Counted from the stretch's first letter, positions 20,614-30,900 are shown. The stretch: 64,000 nt of DNA from an uncultured Pelagibacteraceae bacterium (GCA_902551455.1 CACDDC010000001.1:15876-79875); one strand, 5' to 3'. Program-made: numbers and translations. The notes: generated from the letters alone by a model not told the origin.

Positions 20614-21269
20614 AAAAATTTTTATTGCAGTAGATACTAATAAAATCTCTAAAGCAAAAAAAATAATTAAAGAAACTCAGACAAATAGAATAAAGATTGG
20701 ATATAAATTTGGATTAGAATTCATTCTAAGTAAAAATGGAAGAAATTTTATTTCAAAGTTAAAAAATAAGATTACTTTCATTGATATCAAAGCAAAAGAT
20801 ATTCCAAATACAATGAAATCAGCAATTAATTCTTTAAAAGATCTAAAAATTAATTACCTAACTGTTCATATAAGTTCTGGATTAGAAGCATTAAGAGAAG
20901 TTAAAAAAGTTTCTGGCAAAATACGTATTGTTGGTGTTAGCACTTTAACTTCTTTAGATAATAAAAACCTTAAAGAAATTGGATACAGCAAGTCTGTTAA
21001 AAATTTAATAATCCATCAAAGCAAATTAGCACAAAAAGCAAAATTGGATGCTATAGTATGTAGTCCTAATGAAGTAAAGTATGTTAGAAAATTTTTTAAA
21101 AAAGAAATTATTACACCTGGAGTTAGGTTTAGCAAAAATAAACAAGACCAAAAAAGAACAATGCACCCAAGCAAAATTAAATCTGATTGGCTAGTCTGTG
21201 GTCGTATTATTACAAAAAAAAGGTAATATTAAAAATAATTTGAAAAAATTAATTCAATCTTTAAATTAA
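20603..21269 (+). CDS. pyrF: Orotidine-5'-phosphate decarboxylase, frameshift in A8 run 21214-21221
   Basis: DIKAKDIPNT, TPGVR, DQKR, VCGRIIT; corrected frame ends GNIKNNLKKLIQSLN*. Confidence 0.9.
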
Positions 21270-21273
21270 AAAA

Positions 21274-21898
21274 ATGATTGTTAAATGCTGTGGTCTTAAT
21301 CCATCTAGAGATGTCCAAGTATGTTTAGATTTAAAAGTAAATTTTCTTGGATTTATTTTCTATGAAAAATCTCCAAGAAATATTAAAATTTCTGATTTAG
21401 ATATACTAGAAAATTATAATAGAAAAAATTCTTTATTCACTGCTGTAACTGTTAATGCAAATAATGATATGATAGATCAGATTAATTTAAAAAAACATTC
21501 AGTGTATACAATTACACGGGTCAGAAACGAATGAAAGAATTAAAGAAATAAAAAAACGCTCTAAATTAAAAGTAATAAAAACAGTCCAAGTTAAAAATGA
21601 AATAGATATTTCATTATACAAAAAATATAGCGATGCAGATTATATATTACATGATACACCTAGTATGGAAAGATCAATTGAGTTTCCTGCCAATTTAATA
21701 CATAAACTTCCTAAAGGAAAAAATTTTGGTCTTGCAGGATCAATATCTGAGGACAATATTGAAAGTATAGCAAAATTAGGAGTTAAGTTTTGTGATTTAT
21801 CCTCTAAACTTGAGTCTAAATTAGGTATAAAAGATCACACAAAAATAAAAAATTTTATGTATAAGTTAAAACAGATAAATGAAAATACCTCCTTTTAA
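21274..21898 (+). CDS. trpF: Phosphoribosylanthranilate isomerase, split by frameshift in A7 run 21489-21495
   Basis: VKCCGL, GFIFYEKSPR; corrected frame gives IQLHGSE and joins LAGSISEDN...DLSSKLE...KD. Confidence 0.9.
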
Positions 21899-23123
21899 AG
21901 AAATAAACCCACCTGATAAATTTGGTTATTGGACAAATAAAAAAACTGGTGAAAAATTTGGTGGACAATATATTTCAAGCTTGCTTGTTCCAAACCTAAA
22001 AAGAGTTGAAGATGGTTTCTTCAAAGCAATGAAGGATAAAAAATTTCTTAAAGAACTAGAGGAAGATTTAAATACATTTATTGGTGTTCAAACTCCTATA
22101 CACTTTAGTAAAACGCTAACAGAACTAGCTGGAGGTGAAAAAAAGATTGGCAAAATCTATCTTAAAAGAACAGATCTTCACACAAATCATAGCCACAAAC
22201 CTATTTCTGCTTACGCTTGCTGTAAATTAGCAAAGTATCTAGGATTCAAAAAAATTCTAACGGAAACTGGTGCTTTCCAAAATGGACGCGCTGTTGCATC
22301 AGCATGTGCATCACTTGGATTAAAATTAGATATATATGTCGGAGCGAATGATGCAAAAAAATTAGCAATCAATAAAGATATTTCTGCTCTTCATGGTGCA
22401 AGAATAATAGAAGTTCATGATTCAACTAAAAGTTTGTTGCCAGCTATGGCAGCGGCACTTCGAGCTTTCCAAAGTGAACCTGACTCAATGTACGTTGTGG
22501 GGTCAGTCGCAGGGCCGATGCCGTATCCTCTCATGGTAAGAACTTTTGCGAGTGTTATTGGAAGAATAACAAAAAAACAATTTAAAAATTTGGTTGGAAA
22601 AGATCCTTCTACACTATTTGCAGTATGTGGTGGTGGTTCTAATTTTTCTGCAATAGCTTATCCGTATTATAAATCTAAAAAACCAGATCTGTATGCAGTA
22701 GAAAGTGCTGGAGACGGAATCAAAACAGGAAGGCATGGTTCTACAATTGGGGGTGGTGGAAAAATGGGAATTTTACTCGGTATGCAATCAAAAGTTTTGT
22801 TAAACGGTGAAAATGTAGCTGAAAGTTTTACGGCTGCATCAGGTTTGGATTTTAGTTCGATCGGACCTGAGGTAGCGTATATGCATTCAATTGGGAGAGT
22901 AAAATTTTTAACTACAACAGACCTTCAAGCAAAAAAAACTTTTATGATGATGGCACGTAAGCATGGATTAATTTGTGCAATTGAGGCATGTTATGTTATT
23001 TTCGCGGCAATTAAAGAAATAAGAAAAAGAAAAAATCCTAGGGAAAATCATTTAATACATCTATGTGGATCTGGAGAGCCAAACGTTGCTCAAATGATGG
23101 ACTTCATGAAAAAACAAAAATGA
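21879..23123 (+). CDS. trpB: Tryptophan synthase beta chain (divergent)
   Basis: HK PLP lysine, ETGAFQNG, GPMPYP, GGGSN, GLDF..GPE; trpF-trpB-trpA order. Confidence 0.9.
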   Translation: MKIPPFKEINPPDKFGYWTNKKTGEKFGGQYISSLLVPNLKRVEDGFFKAMKDKKFLKELEEDLNTFIGVQTPIHFSKTLTELAGGEKKIGKIYLKRTDLHTNHSHKPISAYACCKLAKYLGFKKILTETGAFQNGRAVASACASLGLKLDIYVGANDAKKLAINKDISALHGARIIEVHDSTKSLLPAMAAALRAFQSEPDSMYVVGSVAGPMPYPLMVRTFASVIGRITKKQFKNLVGKDPSTLFAVCGGGSNFSAIAYPYYKSKKPDLYAVESAGDGIKTGRHGSTIGGGGKMGILLGMQSKVLLNGENVAESFTAASGLDFSSIGPEVAYMHSIGRVKFLTTTDLQAKKTFMMMARKHGLICAIEACYVIFAAIKEIRKRKNPRENHLIHLCGSGEPNVAQMMDFMKKQK

Positions 23124-23932
23124 GTGAATTAAATAAATTATTTAAAGAAAGAAAAAAAAATAAAAAATCATCATTTATTGGTTTTGTTACTAGTGGTGAT
23201 CCTAATTATAAGTCTTCAAAAGAAATTATGAAAGAAATGACAAAGTACTGTCAGGTAATTGAAGCAGGTGTGAGTTTCAATACTAGTACATCTGATTCAC
23301 CGATTATTATGGAAGCAAATGACAGAGCAATAAAATCAGGAATGAATATGAGTAAAACATTTAAACTTATCAATGAAGTTAAAAAAGAAACAAAAACTGA
23401 TACACCATTTGTTTTAATGACATACTTAAATCCAATTATAGTTTATGGAATTAAAAAATTCATAAGGAGCTGTCAAAAAACTGGTATTGCAGGAGTGATA
23501 ATTGTTGATGCTAGCCTGAATTCTCCAGAAGAAAAATTTATAATTAATGGTCTTACAAAAAAAAATATTGGATATATTAAAATTATATCTCCAACTAATA
23601 GTGAAAAATTTATACAATCTAGTATAAAAAATTGTAAGAATTCGTGGATATACATAACAAGTTATTATGGTCTTACAGGTTCAAAAAATGTAAATATACA
23701 AAATGTAAGAAAACTTGTTAAAATTGTTAGAAAATATTCTAAAGATATACCAATTGGTGTTGGTTTTGGAATTAAAACATCTAAACAAATAAAAGACGTT
23801 TCAAAGTATGCAGATGCTACAATAGTTGGGTCAGCTATTGTAAATAAAATTAAAGAAGGTACTGAAAATGGAAAATATGGTAGAAATTTAGCCACATTTA
23901 TAGGATCTTATTTAAAAAAATTAACAAAATAA
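23120..23932 (+). CDS. trpA: Tryptophan synthase alpha chain (divergent)
   Basis: GDPN, LMTYLNPI, GLTG, VGFGI, IVGSAIV; start ATG 23120 overlaps trpB stop. Confidence 0.92.
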   Translation: MSELNKLFKERKKNKKSSFIGFVTSGDPNYKSSKEIMKEMTKYCQVIEAGVSFNTSTSDSPIIMEANDRAIKSGMNMSKTFKLINEVKKETKTDTPFVLMTYLNPIIVYGIKKFIRSCQKTGIAGVIIVDASLNSPEEKFIINGLTKKNIGYIKIISPTNSEKFIQSSIKNCKNSWIYITSYYGLTGSKNVNIQNVRKLVKIVRKYSKDIPIGVGFGIKTSKQIKDVSKYADATIVGSAIVNKIKEGTENGKYGRNLATFIGSYLKKLTK

Positions 23933-23935
23933 ATT

Positions 23936-24857
23936 ATGAATTGGCTGAAAAAAACTTTTCGACTTGGTGAAAAAATTAGAAAAATTTTCAAAAAACGACC
24001 AACAAAAGATGATATAGAAAATTCAGATTGGGTAAGCTGTTGTAAAGGACCCATCAACAGAAAAGAGTTAGAAGAAAATTTATGGGTATGCAAATACTGT
24101 GGAAAAAATTTTAGAATCAGTTGCATACAAAGATTTGATATATTTTTTGGACAAAATAGATACGAAATTCTTAAAACTCCTATGCCATCAGAGGATCCTT
24201 TAAACTTCGAGTCCTACAAAGATAAAATATTAGCAGCTAGAAAAAAAACTGGACAAGATTGCGCTGTAATGATTGCCAAAGGTAAAATTAATGGAATTGA
24301 AATAACTGCTGGGGCTGTAAATTTTGATTTTATAGGTGGAAGTTTTGGAGCAGCTGAAACTGAAGCATTTATATTCGGAGTGCAGTATGCAATAAATAAT
24401 TCTACACCATTTTGTTTTTTTTGCAAGTGGTGGTGGACAAAAATTATATGAGAGCCCTATAGCATTGGCCGGCATGGCGCGCACAACGCTTGCAGTAAAT
24501 CAGTTAAAAGCAAACAAGCTTCCTTATATAATTATTTTTGTGGACCCTTGTGCTGGTGGGATAACTGGTTCATTTGCAATGTTGTCCGACGTGTCGTTGG
24601 CTGAGCCTAGAAGCATAGTATGTTTTGCTGGAAAATCCGTAATTAGAGCAACAATTAAAGAGGAACTGAGTCCGGATTTTCAGACAGCTGAATGGGTTTT
24701 AAAAAATGGGTTTATTGATCGCATAGTAAACAGAAAAGATTTATCAAATGAAGTTGGGAAATTACTTGAGATATTGCTAAAGAAAAATTCTGAGGTAAAT
24801 TCAGAAAATTCAAATGAAACTTCAGAACTTATTAACAAGACTAGAGAAGCATCATAA
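23936..24857 (+). CDS. accD: Acetyl-CoA carboxylase carboxyltransferase beta, frameshift in T8 run 24415-24422
   Basis: Cys-rich N-terminus, FDFIGGSFG; corrected frame FASGGGQKLYE joins GGITGSFAML...FQTAE. Confidence 0.92.
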
Positions 24858-26080
24858 ACGAAAAAATAGACCTTTCGTTAGGGAGAAGTTACTCGCTTCT
24901 TCACAAGATTGGAAACCCACAAGACAAACTAAAGAATATAGTAAACGTTGTTGGGACTAATTCTAAAGCAAGCATGGCATACAGCCTGAAATCTATTTTA
25001 AATCAAGCTGGCTACAAGTGCAACTTATATTCCTCTCCACATCTTCAATTTTACACAGAACGATATGTTTTTAATGACCAAGAAATAAATGAGGATGATT
25101 TAATTGATTTATTAAATGATGTAGAGAAAGCTTTAGGAGATGATGAGGCAACAGTATTTGAAATATTGACATGTGCATTTTACAAATATGCTGAGAATTT
25201 TAAAGATAATGTAAATATAATTGAAAGTGGCCTTTTCCACTCCGCTGATCCCAGTTCTGTGTTTAAATCTAATAGTTGTACCCTTTTAGGATTTATAGGT
25301 ATCGATCATCTCCAATGGCTCAAAGACAAATCAATAGACGGGGTAATTCATGAAAAGACAGCCAAATTATTAAATTCAAATATATTCGTTAATAAGCAAG
25401 AAAATCAAGAAATTAGAAATAAAATAGAAAAAGCCTTAATTAATAATTCATCTAATAAATATTTTTTTGGAAGAGATTTTAATATATCAAAATCTGAAAA
25501 TAGCTTTATTCATTATCAGGATGAGTTGGGAGAAGTATTGCTTCCAGAACCAAATCTTTTAGGTGATCATCAGTTAGGAAATATTAGCACTTCTATTGCA
25601 GCATCCAGAAAAATATTTAATGTTAAAGATAATCATATAAAAAAAGGTATTACTAAAATTGAACTCAAAGCAAGACTCCAGGAAATAAAATCAGGTAAAT
25701 TAAAAGAGTTAATTGGTCAAAATAGGTTAATAATTGATGGCGGTCACAATCTTGGTGCCGCAAGAGCAATATCAAATTGGATAAAGCAACAAAAAAAAGA
25801 AACTCACCTCATATGTGGTATGCTTAAAGATAAAGATGTTGAAGGATTTGTTGGCTGTTTTATAGAAGTAGTAAATTCAATTACTTTGATTGATATTCCT
25901 AATCAAGAAAGTGCTATAACTAAAGAAGAGTTTAAAAATAAAATTAATAAACTTGGTAAACAGATTTATTTAGCAAACAGTATTGAGGAAAGTATTAAAT
26001 CGATTTCTAAATATAAAGACAGTATAGGAATTGTTGCTGGATCATTATATCTTTGTGGAGAAGTTTTAAATCTAAACTAA
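24814..26080 (+). CDS. folC: Dihydrofolate/folylpolyglutamate synthase, frameshift in A6 run 24861-24866
   Basis: MKLQNLLTRLEKHH, then corrected KIDLSLGR...VVGTNSKAS; SPHL, DGGHN, AGSLYLCGE. Confidence 0.9.
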
Positions 26081-26392
26081 GTTCTCTTCAAGCCACGACT
26101 TTATATTTGATTTTGTGGTAGCTCCAATTTTAGTACTTTTAATCTTGGAATCTTTAAATAGAATCATGGTTGGAATTCCAGTGACTCCAAACCTAACCGG
26201 GACATTAGGCTCTTCTTCAATATTATGTTTACTAATTACACATTTATCTTTTAGTTCCACTGACAAAGATTCAAGATGTGGGGAAATTAATAAACAGGGT
26301 GAGCACCATGACGCCCAGAAGTCACACAACAGATATTTATTTTCTTTAAGTAAATTATCAAAATTTTCGTCAGTGGATTTAATTGTTGCCAT
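26072..26392 (-). CDS. trxA: Thioredoxin
   Basis: DFWASWCSPC, GIPTMILFK; convergent with folC. Confidence 0.93.
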   Translation of the reverse strand: MATIKSTDENFDNLLKENKYLLCDFWASWCSPCLLISPHLESLSVELKDKCVISKHNIEEEPNVPVRFGVTGIPTMILFKDSKIKSTKIGATTKSNIKSWLEENLV

Positions 26393-26485
26393 ACCTAACT
26401 ATTTATAAAACCTCAATTTAAAGTCAATATGTAAAATTAGTTAATTTTTTTTATTTTTACTTTATTAACGTTTTAAGTAATTGAC

Positions 26486-27508
26486 TTAGTTTTCATCTTT
26501 TCTATCAATTTCATGGAGTTCTTGTTCTACTTTTTCCATTTTATTTTTTATTTTTTCTGCAGTCGAAGAAAGAGAAGATGCGCTATCAAAAGCTCTTCTC
26601 ATATTATTTTCATGAGTCTCTGTAATTGCAAAGTGATTTTTAATAAGTGTATTAAGTGAAGCTAAATTTTTCAAAAAACTTTTTGCTTTTTGATCTACTG
26701 CGATTGAATTAAAACCTAGTAGAATTGAATTACAATATGCTGAGAAAGTTGATGGTCCCATAAACGTTACTTTATATTCTCTTTGAATTTCAGAAATTAA
26801 AAGTTCTTTATCAGCATTTATATGAGTGTTAATTTCTAAATAAAGACTTTCGCTCGGCACATAAACACATGCAAAACCTGCACTTATTGGACTATCAATA
26901 TATTTTTTATTAACTTCTATTGCTTTATCTTTGTAACTTTTAATTATCTTTTTATATAAATCTTCTTTTTTTTTATCTACTTCGACTGAAGCAGTTTCTT
27001 CTCTAAGTTTTAAAAGCTGTTCATATAAATCTTTTGTCCAATGTGCGTCGATTGGTAAAACTAATCCTGTGGGATGTTTAATTCCATATTCTACAGACAA
27101 AGTAGTACCATCTTTTTTAATTGATTGATTTTTCAGCCATTGTTTATTTTCTACAAGTCCTGAAGATTTAAATAAACTTTCTAAAAGAAGTTCTCCTGCA
27201 ATACCAGATCTTTTGCTGCCTGTTATGCTATCAACTAATCTTCGATGTGCTTCTAATATTTCTTCTGATCTAGATTCTATTATTCCTTTATTTTGTCCCA
27301 CAGTAGTATTAACTGTGCTCAAACTATTTGTAAAAGCAGTTCTTAAATTTTCAACTTGATCTTCTACCTTTTTTTTAATTTCTTCGTTATATTGTTTATG
27401 AGTTTCTTGATCATATGTATTTGGATTTGAGTTTTTATTTTTTAATAAATTAATTACTATATTGATAATAATTAATAAACCTATTAACCAAAGTAAGTAT
27501 TCGTTCAA
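26486..27508 (-). CDS. rmuC: RmuC-family protein (TM helix, coiled coil, nuclease-like domain)
   Basis: G.AGELLLE, LPIDAH, FACVYVPSESLY, GPSTF; TTG start overlaps upstream stop. Confidence 0.75.
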   Translation of the reverse strand: MNEYLLWLIGLLIIINIVINLLKNKNSNPNTYDQETHKQYNEEIKKKVEDQVENLRTAFTNSLSTVNTTVGQNKGIIESRSEEILEAHRRLVDSITGSKRSGIAGELLLESLFKSSGLVENKQWLKNQSIKKDGTTLSVEYGIKHPTGLVLPIDAHWTKDLYEQLLKLREETASVEVDKKKEDLYKKIIKSYKDKAIEVNKKYIDSPISAGFACVYVPSESLYLEINTHINADKELLISEIQREYKVTFMGPSTFSAYCNSILLGFNSIAVDQKAKSFLKNLASLNTLIKNHFAITETHENNMRRAFDSASSLSSTAEKIKNKMEKVEQELHEIDRKDEN

Positions 27509-28002
27509 AGTTTAATCCTTTTAAATAATTTTTTTTCAAGTTGAAATTTAGGTTTTCCAGATAATATTTTTGCAACAAACTTTCTGTTACAATTAACATT
27601 CAAAGTTTTTGAAACTAATATAGCAATTGCAGTATAATTAATGGAATTATTTTTAGCATTATCAAAAATTCTTAAAACTTCTTTTCTTTTTTTTTTAAGA
27701 ATTTCTTTACCTATACTTGAATTATTAATATTTTTTAAATTGCGAATAATTTCTTCAATTTTATTTTTAGTCGGTTTTTGATAAAAAGTTGGTGTGCTAC
27801 CTTCGCTGCCGACTCGCTTAACTCTTGTCATCTTTATACTATTATTTGAGGCAAATCTTGGGATATTTGATGTGTCTACTTTAATACTATAATTTTTAAG
27901 TAAGCTTAAAAGTTCATCTCCAGAAATATATTGGCTTGGTGGTTCCGCAACAGTTATCAAATTATATTTGTTTGTTTCTTTTGCTTCTTTATTTTTACTC
28001 AT
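27505..28002 (-). CDS. Hypothetical basic protein, possible HTH/winged-helix DNA-binding
   Basis: 165 aa ORF; HTH-like YTAIAILVSKTLNVNCNRKFVAKIL judged by eye. Confidence 0.55.
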   Translation of the reverse strand: MSKNKEAKETNKYNLITVAEPPSQYISGDELLSLLKNYSIKVDTSNIPRFASNNSIKMTRVKRVGSEGSTPTFYQKPTKNKIEEIIRNLKNINNSSIGKEILKKKRKEVLRIFDNAKNNSINYTAIAILVSKTLNVNCNRKFVAKILSGKPKFQLEKKLFKRIKL

Positions 28003-28006
28003 TTTT

Positions 28007-28753
28007 TCAAGTTTTATTTGCTTCGTTTACAAATTTTCTAGCCTTAGATGACATAATCTCAATTTCATTTAAACTAAACATCTTTAAATATAAGAATTGT
28101 ACTCTATCTGATCCTCTATGTTTATAAATATTTTTTACCAATTTTTTTAATAATTCAATCAACTCTTTTTTATTTAAGTCAAGTTTTCTAGATATTTCTA
28201 GAAATGAAATATTTTTTTTTATAAGCAAATAAGACAAATCTGATTTCAATTTTGTTTTTTTTTCTGCATTAACTAGATCGCCATGAGTTAAATGTTTTAA
28301 CTCGTTTGGTGATAAAATTTCATTTAATTTATTATTAAATGATTTTTGTGGGATTATATATAGTCCTTTTCTGTATTCATTCACCTTATCCATTAAAGTT
28401 GATTGTGAAAATTTAACTCCTTTTAAAATAAAATCATTATAAACTTTTTTAATTAAAATTTTATATTGTTCATTAATGATGATATTAAATCCCTTTTTTT
28501 TTGATAGTATATCAATCAGTTTTTTACATTTTACGTTGTCTATTGAACTCACAGCCCAATAATTTGATACTTTTTTAAAATAAATTCCTGCTTCATTTAA
28601 TGATTTAATAAATTCTAAACTTAAATCATGATTTCTGTGACTCTTATCAATACTTTCGGAAAGGGAATTTCTCAAATAGGTAGCAGAAAAAGGAGTTTTT
28701 TCAGACAAGTCTTCTAGTGTGTACTTATATTCATTTACCATATTTTCAATCAA
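28007..28753 (-). CDS. Hypothetical protein, possible multi-HTH DNA-binding
   Basis: 248 aa ORF; HTH-like YTLEDLSEKTPFSATYLRNSL and SFLEISRKLDLNKKELIELL judged by eye. Confidence 0.55.
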   Translation of the reverse strand: MIENMVNEYKYTLEDLSEKTPFSATYLRNSLSESIDKSHRNHDLSLEFIKSLNEAGIYFKKVSNYWAVSSIDNVKCKKLIDILSKKKGFNIIINEQYKILIKKVYNDFILKGVKFSQSTLMDKVNEYRKGLYIIPQKSFNNKLNEILSPNELKHLTHGDLVNAEKKTKLKSDLSYLLIKKNISFLEISRKLDLNKKELIELLKKLVKNIYKHRGSDRVQFLYLKMFSLNEIEIMSSKARKFVNEANKT

Positions 28754-28779
28754 TTAAATTTATGTTTAAAAAAGAAATT

Positions 28780-29226
28780 TTAATGCAATGTTTCATTTTT
28801 ATTTTTATTTTTTTCACCGATAAGTTTTGTTTCACTGCTTGCTTCATCCCATTCTTTAAATTCATGCACCCATTCTTTATGATTTTCTAATATTTCTTTA
28901 GATGTTGAATCTAAATAATGTTTATAAAGTGGATAACTAAATTGAAATATCATTCTTTGTAAAAGTCTAAAAAGAAAAAGATAAAAGCAATAACCAATAT
29001 CTAAAAAGCTTTTTCGTGAAGCTCTTAGATAATTTTCTACTAATTCTTTAGCTAAAGAATCCATTTTTTTTTTTTCCATTTCTTCTGTTTGAATTTTATT
29101 ATTTTTTTTACTCTTATTAATAAAATTAATTATCTCAGGTTTGTTTTTTTTGTTGTTTTCATACTTATTTTTTTTTATTTTTGTTTGTTTGTTTTTTTTA
29201 AATAACTTTTTTATCTTTTTAATCAT
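28780..29226 (-). CDS. Hypothetical protein
   Basis: 148 aa ORF 5 nt downstream of ExoI; Lys/Asn-rich N-terminus, helical C-terminus. Confidence 0.6.
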   Translation of the reverse strand: MIKKIKKLFKKNKQTKIKKNKYENNKKNKPEIINFINKSKKNNKIQTEEMEKKKMDSLAKELVENYLRASRKSFLDIGYCFYLFLFRLLQRMIFQFSYPLYKHYLDSTSKEILENHKEWVHEFKEWDEASSETKLIGEKNKNKNETLH

Positions 29227-29231
29227 TATAT

Positions 29232-30683
29232 TTATGCATCAATATATTTTTTTTCTAAATCCATAACATAATTGTTTATTCCATCTAAAAATCTTAATTT
29301 TTCTTCTTTAGATTCAAACGAAAACATTTTGTCATCGTTTACTCTCAGATCATCTATTTCTTTATAGCAATCATAAATAGTAAACCATTTTTCTTTATTG
29401 CTACTTAAAATTCTAGAAGCTACTTTTTTTTTAATTTTTTTATAAATTTCACTGGGCAAAACTTCAGGAGCCTCATTAAATAATATTTGTTGTCCAAATA
29501 TAATGTTTCTATCGTCACGAAACTTTGACAACATGGAAAACTTAGTTTTCCAGTCTGCTTTGTGCCATTCATCAAATAAATGTTGATCTTTATTCAATTT
29601 TTCGAATCCTCCGGCGTAAAGTGATTCTTCTGGCTCTATGTCTTCTTGTGATTGAGTATCTTTCTTTTCTTCTGCTTTTTCCTTTAAAATATTACAAATA
29701 TCTATTGCAAATTTTTCATTAGATTTAACTAGCTCAGCTCTCTTTTTTATTATAGCTGGGTCTATTTTATTGTATGGATCTGCTTTCATGCCATAACTTG
29801 CATCTAAAACTATCGCCGCCTTATTGGTACGTACTGTTCTGATAAACTTTGGTGTCTTCATCATTTCTTTTTTTAATTCTTGATATGTAAGTTTAAACAA
29901 TGGCTCTGGGTCTACACGTAAATCAAAAACCTGGGACCACATATAAACAGGGTGTATAAAGCTATTTTGATGAAGTGGTGCACAACAATACATTCTCGAT
30001 CGACCATAAAAATATTCAGGTATTGTGATTATTTTTTCTCTACGAATAATATCTTCGGCTACTTGTTTTTTGCTAGTTCTCAAATATTCTTCCCAAAGTT
30101 CTGGTTGTTTACTTTTAATTAAATTTAACAATTTAACTGTCAAATCTGTATCTATCATAGCGTCGTGGGCACCAGTTGTATCAAAACCATTTAGACGTGA
30201 TAAACTTTCTAACTTCATCGAGATATTTCCTTTTGAATTAAGCTCGCTTTTTATGATTTTTTCATCAATGGCAAAAACTGCACGAACAATGTTTAAAGCG
30301 TCGTGCCTAGAGTTTCCATCAGTATTTTCCAGATATGGTTTTTTTAATGATTTGAAAAATTCTTTACGTAGTACCTCTGAGTCAAAATTTATACCAGAAT
30401 ATGCAAGAAAAATTGAAGGTTTCCATTCCAGAAATTTTTTTTGAATATCATTAAGCATTTGGTAATGGCTTAGATTTGTTTTTGTTAATAAATCGTAATT
30501 TGTGCGATTGATACATAATGCAGTTGCGCTTGGAACTCTATCTTGGGGAATTCTACATCTTACTTTAAATCTTTCTTTTTCTTTAAAGTTTTCATCTAAC
30601 CAAATGGCTGCAAGTTCAAGCACAGTACACCATGAAGTTTCAGCTTGGCAAGTTTCTATATCCCATACTACATATTGTGTCAT
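29232..30683 (-). CDS. sbcB: Exodeoxyribonuclease I (DEDDh)
   Basis: VWDIET, YSGINFDSEVLR, KLESLSRLNG...AHDAMIDT, EESLYAGGF; 483 aa. Confidence 0.88.
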   Translation of the reverse strand: MTQYVVWDIETCQAETSWCTVLELAAIWLDENFKEKERFKVRCRIPQDRVPSATALCINRTNYDLLTKTNLSHYQMLNDIQKKFLEWKPSIFLAYSGINFDSEVLRKEFFKSLKKPYLENTDGNSRHDALNIVRAVFAIDEKIIKSELNSKGNISMKLESLSRLNGFDTTGAHDAMIDTDLTVKLLNLIKSKQPELWEEYLRTSKKQVAEDIIRREKIITIPEYFYGRSRMYCCAPLHQNSFIHPVYMWSQVFDLRVDPEPLFKLTYQELKKEMMKTPKFIRTVRTNKAAIVLDASYGMKADPYNKIDPAIIKKRAELVKSNEKFAIDICNILKEKAEEKKDTQSQEDIEPEESLYAGGFEKLNKDQHLFDEWHKADWKTKFSMLSKFRDDRNIIFGQQILFNEAPEVLPSEIYKKIKKKVASRILSSNKEKWFTIYDCYKEIDDLRVNDDKMFSFESKEEKLRFLDGINNYVMDLEKKYIDA

Positions 30684-30704
30684 ATTTATACTTCAATTAA
30701 TTTT

Positions 30705-30845
30705 ACGAAAGCTAGTTTAAATCAGAGTTTAGAAAGAAAGTTGAAAGTGAAAAGCAACTCAGGATCTAAACTAGTACCCTCGTTTTAAATAAAAGTGTTA
30801 TTTAGATTTTTGAGAAAGAAAGGACTAAATATCTCGTATCTAAAT
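30705..30845 (-). ncRNA. Candidate structured leader/sRNA with two hairpins, each carrying CUUUCUUUCU
   Basis: Inverted repeats 30711-30775 and 30800-30845; AGAAAGAAAG (plus strand) repeated at 30731 and 30813. Confidence 0.5.
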
Positions 30846-30871
30846 TAGTAACAATTTTATTTAGTATTATA

Positions 30872-30900
30872 ACTATATCATATCTAAATTTATATGTCAA
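30872..30900 (-). promoter_or_regulatory. Near-consensus sigma70 promoter driving the ExoI leader
   Basis: Minus strand TTGACA-17 nt-TATAGT with extended -10 TG. Confidence 0.7.

Noticed and set aside
20060-24870. Calling rpsA, ihfB, pyrF, trpF, accD and folC pseudogenes
   Set aside because: Both halves of each gene are otherwise intact and all breaks fall in homopolymers; sequencing error is more likely.
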